Below are positions 27,653 to 32,000 of a stretch of DNA of 32,000 bases, in pieces. This stretch comes from an uncultured Bacteroidales bacterium (lineage in GTDB: Bacteria; Bacteroidota; Bacteroidia; Bacteroidales; P3). Both the position numbers and the translations under genes were made by a program. The stretch lies in contig CAJUFX010000003.1 in the NCBI GenBank assembly GCA_910586395.1, positions 164,893 to 196,892 of the forward strand, in the 5' to 3' direction. Below the pieces are notes generated by a model. The model was not told the origin of the DNA, did no database searches, and was given only the letters and a program-made list of their open reading frames with translations. The first letter of the stretch is position 1; the number at the start of each line of letters is the position of its first letter.

Positions 27653-27684
27653 TTTGCAGTTTACAAAAAAATATGTTACTTTTG
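27653..27684 (+). promoter_or_regulatory. Promoter for rpsO
   Basis: TTTG-N20-TACTTTTG immediately downstream of the preceding gene's stop codon. Confidence 0.8.
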
Positions 27685-27742
27685 CGCTCCCAAATGGGAA
27701 TTGTAAAAGTAATATAGGATACTAAAACAGACACAGGTAGTT

Positions 27743-28012
27743 ATGTACTTATCGGCTGAACAGAAACAGGAAATTTTCAAGAAACACGGCGGTGCCGCCA
27801 CGAATACCGGTAGCGTAGAAGGTCAAATCGCGTTGTTTACGGCGCGTATCCTGCACCTGACGCAACATGTGAAAGAGCATCATAACGACAAATTCACGAA
27901 CCGCGCGTTGGTTAATTTGGTCGGCAAACGCAAGAAGTTGCTCGAATACCTCAAGAAAGTGGACATCGAACGTTACAGAAATATCCTGAAAGAACTCGGT
28001 TTGCGTAAGTAA
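27743..28012 (+). CDS. rpsO: 30S ribosomal protein S15
   Basis: MYLSAEQKQEIFKKHGGAATNTGSVEGQIALFTARILHLTQHVKEHHNDKFTNRALVNLVGKRKKLLEYLKKVDIERYRNILKELGLRK. Confidence 0.98.
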   Translation: MYLSAEQKQEIFKKHGGAATNTGSVEGQIALFTARILHLTQHVKEHHNDKFTNRALVNLVGKRKKLLEYLKKVDIERYRNILKELGLRK

Positions 28013-28032
28013 ACCCACGTGCTGTAAGATAG

Positions 28033-28068
28033 AAAAAAGGCAATTATGTTGGTGTAATTGCCTTTTTT
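28033..28068 (+). terminator. Rho-independent terminator of rpsO
   Basis: AAAAAAGGCAATTA...TAATTGCCTTTTTTT. Confidence 0.92.
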
Positions 28069-28198
28069 TCTATTTTTAGTCCGCCCGTTTCCGGCCCGTC
28101 GCCGACGGGCGTCCGGCGGATTTCATCTTACGGGCACCGCATGTCATTTCGGAAAACACACGAGATTTTATTAAGATACAGTAGTTAAATTTGTTGTT

Positions 28199-30508
28199 AT
28201 GTTAGGAATTCAAAAAAAATTCAATCTCCCGGACGGCCGGGAGGTGACGATTGAAACCGGCAAACTGGCCAAACAGGCCGACGGTTCGGTCGTAGTCAAA
28301 TGCGGCAACACGATGATTTTAGCCACGGTCTGCAGCAAGGCGGAAGCCGGCGAGAACGTGGATTTCATGCCGCTGACCGTCGATTATCAGGAAAAATATG
28401 CGGCCGTAGGCCGTTTCCCGGGCGGTTTCTTCAAACGGGAAGCGCGTCTTTCTGAATACGAAATATTGATTTCCCGTTTGATTGACCGGGCTTTACGTCC
28501 GTTGTTCCCGGATAATTACCACGCTGAAACGCAGGTTTTGGTCACGTTGATTTCGGGTGACCGCGACACCCAGCCCGACGCCTTCGCCGCTTTGGCCGCT
28601 TCGGCCGCGCTGACGGTTTCGGACATTCCGTTCCACGGCCCGATTTCGGAGGTGCGCGTGGCGCGCATCGACGGCCAGTTCGTCATCAACCCCTCGACGA
28701 CCGATTTGGAACGTGCCGAACTGGAACTCATGGTCGGCGCGACCATCGACGACATCTCGATGGTGGAAGGCGAAATGAAAGAGGTTTCGGAAGAAATCAT
28801 GATCGAAGCCTTGAAGACGGCCCATGAAGCCATCAAGGTTCAGTGCCAGGTTCAGATGGAACTGGCCAAGGAAGTGGGCAAAGCCAAACGTGAATACAAC
28901 CACGAGACGAACGATGACGATTTGCGTCGCCTCGTAGAAGAAAAGACGTATCAAAAATGCTATGACGCCGCCCGCGAATGCGTGGCCGACAAAAAAGTCC
29001 GTCAACAGAAGATCGACCAGATCAAGGCCGACTTCATTGCCGAGAACTTTACGCCGGAAACGTTGGAAGGCAAGGAATTCATGATTTCCCGCTATTTCCA
29101 CGACGTACACCGCAAGGCGGTCCGCGACATGATTCTCAAAGAAAGAATCCGTCTGGACGGCCGCGGCCTCGAAGACATCCGTCCCATTTGGTGCGAGACC
29201 GACTATCTGCCGTCCGCCCACGGTTCGGCCATCTTCACGCGGGGCGAGACCCAGTCGCTTTCGACCGTTACGTTAGGCTCCAAATTGGACGAACAGACGA
29301 TAGACGGCGCGATTATCGAAGGTAAGAACAATTTCCTGTTGCACTATAATTTCCCGTCTTTCGCCACGGGCGAAGTCAAACCGCAGCGCGGCACGAGCCG
29401 CCGCGAGACGGGTCACGGCAACCTGGCCATGCGCGCCTTGAAACAGGTGTTGCCGACGGGGGCCGACAATCCTTATACCATCCGTGTCGTTTCCGATATT
29501 CTGGAATCGAACGGTTCTTCTTCGATGGCGACGGTCTGCGCCGGCTGCCTCGCGTTGATGGACGCCGGTGTCAAAATCAGCAAACCGGTTTCCGGTATCG
29601 CGATGGGCTTGATCACCGACCCCGAAACCGGCAACTACGCCGTCTTGTCCGATATCCTCGGCGACGAAGACCACTTGGGCGATATGGACTTCAAGGTCTG
29701 CGGTACGCGCGACGGCATCACGGCCTGTCAGATGGATATCAAGATCGACGGTCTGTCGTATGATATTTTGGCCAAGGCTTTGATGCAGGCCAAACAGGGC
29801 CGCGCCCATATCCTCGGCAAAATGCTGGAGGTATTGTCCGAACCGCGCGCCGACTACAAGCCGCATGCGCCGCGCATCATCCAGATTACGATTCCGCGCG
29901 AATTCATCGGGGCCGTCATCGGCACGGGCGGCAAGGTCATCCAGGAACTGCAACGCGAGACCGGCACCCAAATCGCCATTGAAGAAGTGGGCGAATTCGG
30001 CATCATCGATATCGCCGGCAGCAACAAGGACGGCATCGACGCGGCTTTGGAACGCATCAACGCCATTACGGCCGTACCCGAAGTGGGCGAGGTTTACCAT
30101 GGTACGGTACGCAATATCCAGCCGTTCGGCGCTTTCGTGGAAATCCTGCCCGGCAAGGACGGTCTGTTGCATATCTCCGAAATGAGCTGGAAACGCTTGG
30201 AAAAAGTGGAAGACATGCTCAAGGAAGGCGATGAAATCGATGTAAAATTGATTGACGTGGATCCGAAAACGGGTAAGCTCAAACTCTCGCACAAGGTTTT
30301 GACGCCCAAACCGGAAGGTTACAAAGAACCGGAACCGCGCGAACGCCGTCCGCGCGAAGACCGCGGCGATCGCCGCGACAGAGGCGACCGTCGGGAACGC
30401 GAATCGGCCCCGACCTTGTCCGCGCCCAAACTGCGCAGCCAAATGTCGAACGAAACGCCGGCCCAGTCCGAAACACCGGCCAATCCGGGCGACGACCTGC
30501 TGTTCTAA
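28199..30508 (+). CDS. pnp: Polyribonucleotide nucleotidyltransferase (PNPase)
   Basis: [44 protein letters not shown]-type core, KH and S1 domains at the C-terminus, R/D/E-rich tail. Confidence 0.98.
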   Translation: MLGIQKKFNLPDGREVTIETGKLAKQADGSVVVKCGNTMILATVCSKAEAGENVDFMPLTVDYQEKYAAVGRFPGGFFKREARLSEYEILISRLIDRALRPLFPDNYHAETQVLVTLISGDRDTQPDAFAALAASAALTVSDIPFHGPISEVRVARIDGQFVINPSTTDLERAELELMVGATIDDISMVEGEMKEVSEEIMIEALKTAHEAIKVQCQVQMELAKEVGKAKREYNHETNDDDLRRLVEEKTYQKCYDAARECVADKKVRQQKIDQIKADFIAENFTPETLEGKEFMISRYFHDVHRKAVRDMILKERIRLDGRGLEDIRPIWCETDYLPSAHGSAIFTRGETQSLSTVTLGSKLDEQTIDGAIIEGKNNFLLHYNFPSFATGEVKPQRGTSRRETGHGNLAMRALKQVLPTGADNPYTIRVVSDILESNGSSSMATVCAGCLALMDAGVKISKPVSGIAMGLITDPETGNYAVLSDILGDEDHLGDMDFKVCGTRDGITACQMDIKIDGLSYDILAKALMQAKQGRAHILGKMLEVLSEPRADYKPHAPRIIQITIPREFIGAVIGTGGKVIQELQRETGTQIAIEEVGEFGIIDIAGSNKDGIDAALERINAITAVPEVGEVYHGTVRNIQPFGAFVEILPGKDGLLHISEMSWKRLEKVEDMLKEGDEIDVKLIDVDPKTGKLKLSHKVLTPKPEGYKEPEPRERRPREDRGDRRDRGDRRERESAPTLSAPKLRSQMSNETPAQSETPANPGDDLLF

Positions 30509-30528
30509 TTTTTAACCGGACTCATTGA

Positions 30529-30564
30529 AAAAGGCCGACTCCAAACGGAGCCGGCCTTTTCTTT
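30529..30564 (+). terminator. Rho-independent terminator of pnp
   Basis: AAAAGGCCGACTCC-AAAC-GGAGCCGGCCTTTT with a single internal mismatch. Confidence 0.9.
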
Positions 30565-30592
30565 TATCATCTCGCTTCAAGTCTTCAAGTCT

Positions 30593-31075
30593 TCAAGGCA
30601 ATTGGGATTTCAACAGACACAAGGCCTCGTCGGCCGCGGCTTTTATGATATCCAGCCTCGGCAAATCACCGAAATGACGACAGCTACTGACGCATCGGCC
30701 ATCGGGGCAGGCGACGGCCATCCAAACCGTGCCGACGGGCTTTTCGGGCGTACCGCCGCCCGGGCCGGCGATACCGGACGTCGCGACGGCATAGTCGCTG
30801 CCGATACGGCGGCACGCGCCCGCGGCCATGGCTTCCACCACCTCGCGGCTGACGGCCCCCACGCGCGCGATAAGTTCCTCCGGCACGTCCAGCAGGCCTG
30901 ATTTAACGGCATTGGCATACGCGACCACGCTCCCAAGAAAATAAGCCGAGCTGCCGGCCACGCCCGTAAGGCGGTGCGCGATATAGCCGCCCGTACAACT
31001 CTCGGCCGTGGCGACGGTCGCGTGCCGCGCCCTCAACAGGCGGCCGATTTCGATGGCTATGTCGGTATGATTCAT
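30593..31075 (-). CDS. CinA C-terminal-domain family protein (PncC-like nicotinamide-nucleotide amidohydrolase)
   Basis: [68 protein letters not shown]. Confidence 0.93.
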   Translation of the reverse strand: MNHTDIAIEIGRLLRARHATVATAESCTGGYIAHRLTGVAGSSAYFLGSVVAYANAVKSGLLDVPEELIARVGAVSREVVEAMAAGACRRIGSDYAVATSGIAGPGGGTPEKPVGTVWMAVACPDGRCVSSCRHFGDLPRLDIIKAAADEALCLLKSQLP

Positions 31076-31096
31076 AGTGCAATATTACGAAAATAA

Positions 31097-31726
31097 TCAA
31101 TACGGCGTATCGGACGAGGCAGACCGATGCTTCTGCCGGCGACGACACACCATCACATAGTCGCCACGCAACAGACGCATGGCATAGGCATGGCGGCTCA
31201 TGACCGTGGACAAAGGCTCGTTAAGCCGCGTCGCGATTTGCTTATAAGTCAACCGTTCCACATACCGCAACTGCAACAATCGGCGTTGGGCGGGCGAGAC
31301 CGGAAGACCGTCGAAACCCGTCTGCAACAACCGCCTGACATAAGTAGCCTTGAAGGAAGACGTCGAGGGCTTGCCGCCAAACGGCTGCAAACGCGGCGAT
31401 GTCTGAAACCAAGACGCGGCATCCGCTTCCGGGCTTTCCCAACCCAAGGCCTCCCGAATCTTATCTGGGTACAGGCTGAGATGCCGACGGCTATTCGCCT
31501 GCCGGCGTATATGATCCACCAAACGCGAATAAGCCATGCAAAACAGCCAATTTTTAAGCGATTTATCGGCATCATACCGGTGGCGGTCGTACAGGTCCGC
31601 CGCCTGAAGAATACAGTCCTGCGCCAGATCGGCCGCCGTCTCGCGGTCGTTGAGATGCGACATCAGATAGTTCCGGAGATCTTGGGCATAAACGCTAGCC
31701 TGTTCTAGAAATTCTTTTTTTTTCAT
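31097..31726 (-). CDS. RNA polymerase sigma-70/ECF-family sigma factor
   Basis: Region 2-like LRNYLMSHLNDRETAADLAQDCILQAADLYDR and region 4-like LSPAQRRLLQLRYVERLTYKQIATRLNEPLSTVMSRHAYAMRLLR. Confidence 0.82.
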   Translation of the reverse strand: MKKKEFLEQASVYAQDLRNYLMSHLNDRETAADLAQDCILQAADLYDRHRYDADKSLKNWLFCMAYSRLVDHIRRQANSRRHLSLYPDKIREALGWESPEADAASWFQTSPRLQPFGGKPSTSSFKATYVRRLLQTGFDGLPVSPAQRRLLQLRYVERLTYKQIATRLNEPLSTVMSRHAYAMRLLRGDYVMVCRRRQKHRSASSDTPY

Positions 31727-31897
31727 CTGTTTTGAAATTTGAACGTATATTTATATATCATGGTTGGCCGTCCGTCTCCGGACCGGATCACAAGGCGGGC
31801 CGATGCAAGCGGTTCCGCCATGCTTTCCGAACCACACGGCAAAACTAAACAAGCCGCCGGTGACGGCCAATTTAAAATCCTTAAAAAAGTTCAAGAA

Positions 31898-32000
31898 ATG
31901 AAGTCGATACGATTTATGATGCTCCAGATTGGCCTTTGGTGGACCGCCGGCATGTCGCCGGAGGCCATCGCCCGACCGACTGTTGAAACAAGCCTCCGGC
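31898..32000 (+). CDS. Possible 5' end of an exported protein gene, truncated by the window
   Basis: MKSIRFMMLQIGLWWTAGMSPEAIARPTVETSLR... is open to the window edge with a weakly signal-like N-terminus. Confidence 0.3.
   Translation, partial: MKSIRFMMLQIGLWWTAGMSPEAIARPTVETSLR

Noticed and set aside
29273-30442. 389-aa ORF antisense to pnp
   Set aside because: The sequence is complementary to conserved PNPase codons with no recognisable motifs of its own; it is a shadow ORF.
1-32000. CRISPR array, transposon, prophage or defence/toxin island
   Set aside because: I saw no regularly spaced direct repeats, transposase/integrase motifs or clustered defence genes. The YwqK label sometimes includes 'antitoxin' in its name, but no toxin neighbour is present.

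Overview
This is a Bacteroidota (Bacteroidales-like) chromosomal segment made mostly of conserved housekeeping genes. I find no mobile elements, CRISPR array or defence island, and no clear new multi-gene system. Main contents, start to end: a minus-strand SRP (4.5S-type) RNA with its own promoter. A compact operon of DUF4199-like protein, family 2 glycosyltransferase, GmhB-like HAD phosphatase, MORN-repeat protein and a PorQ-like type IX secretion (T9SS) protein. A secreted protein with a very acidic low-complexity tail, a bile acid:Na+ symporter-family transporter, tRNA-Arg(CCU) and a DegT aminotransferase. guaA, a LysM plus periplasmic-binding protein, an Omp28-like T9SS cargo candidate and tRNA-Met(CAU). 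An M23 peptidase, a 730-aa exported repeat-like protein, a PhoH-like ATPase and a SAM hydroxide adenosyltransferase. A fused GldF-GldG protein with a coupled DUF4340-like partner, and dnaN. A four-subunit 2-oxoacid:ferredoxin oxidoreductase operon (vor-like) followed by a phosphate butyryl/acetyltransferase, then rpsO, pnp, a CinA/PncC-like protein and an ECF-like sigma factor. The most useful second-look items are the GldF-GldG fusion, structured non-coding elements (the spacer inside the vor-like operon, the phoH leader hairpin, the rpsO leader), the -7 box immediately upstream of the pnp start codon, and several uncharacterised exported proteins. All family assignments come from recognising motifs in the translations; no database search was run.
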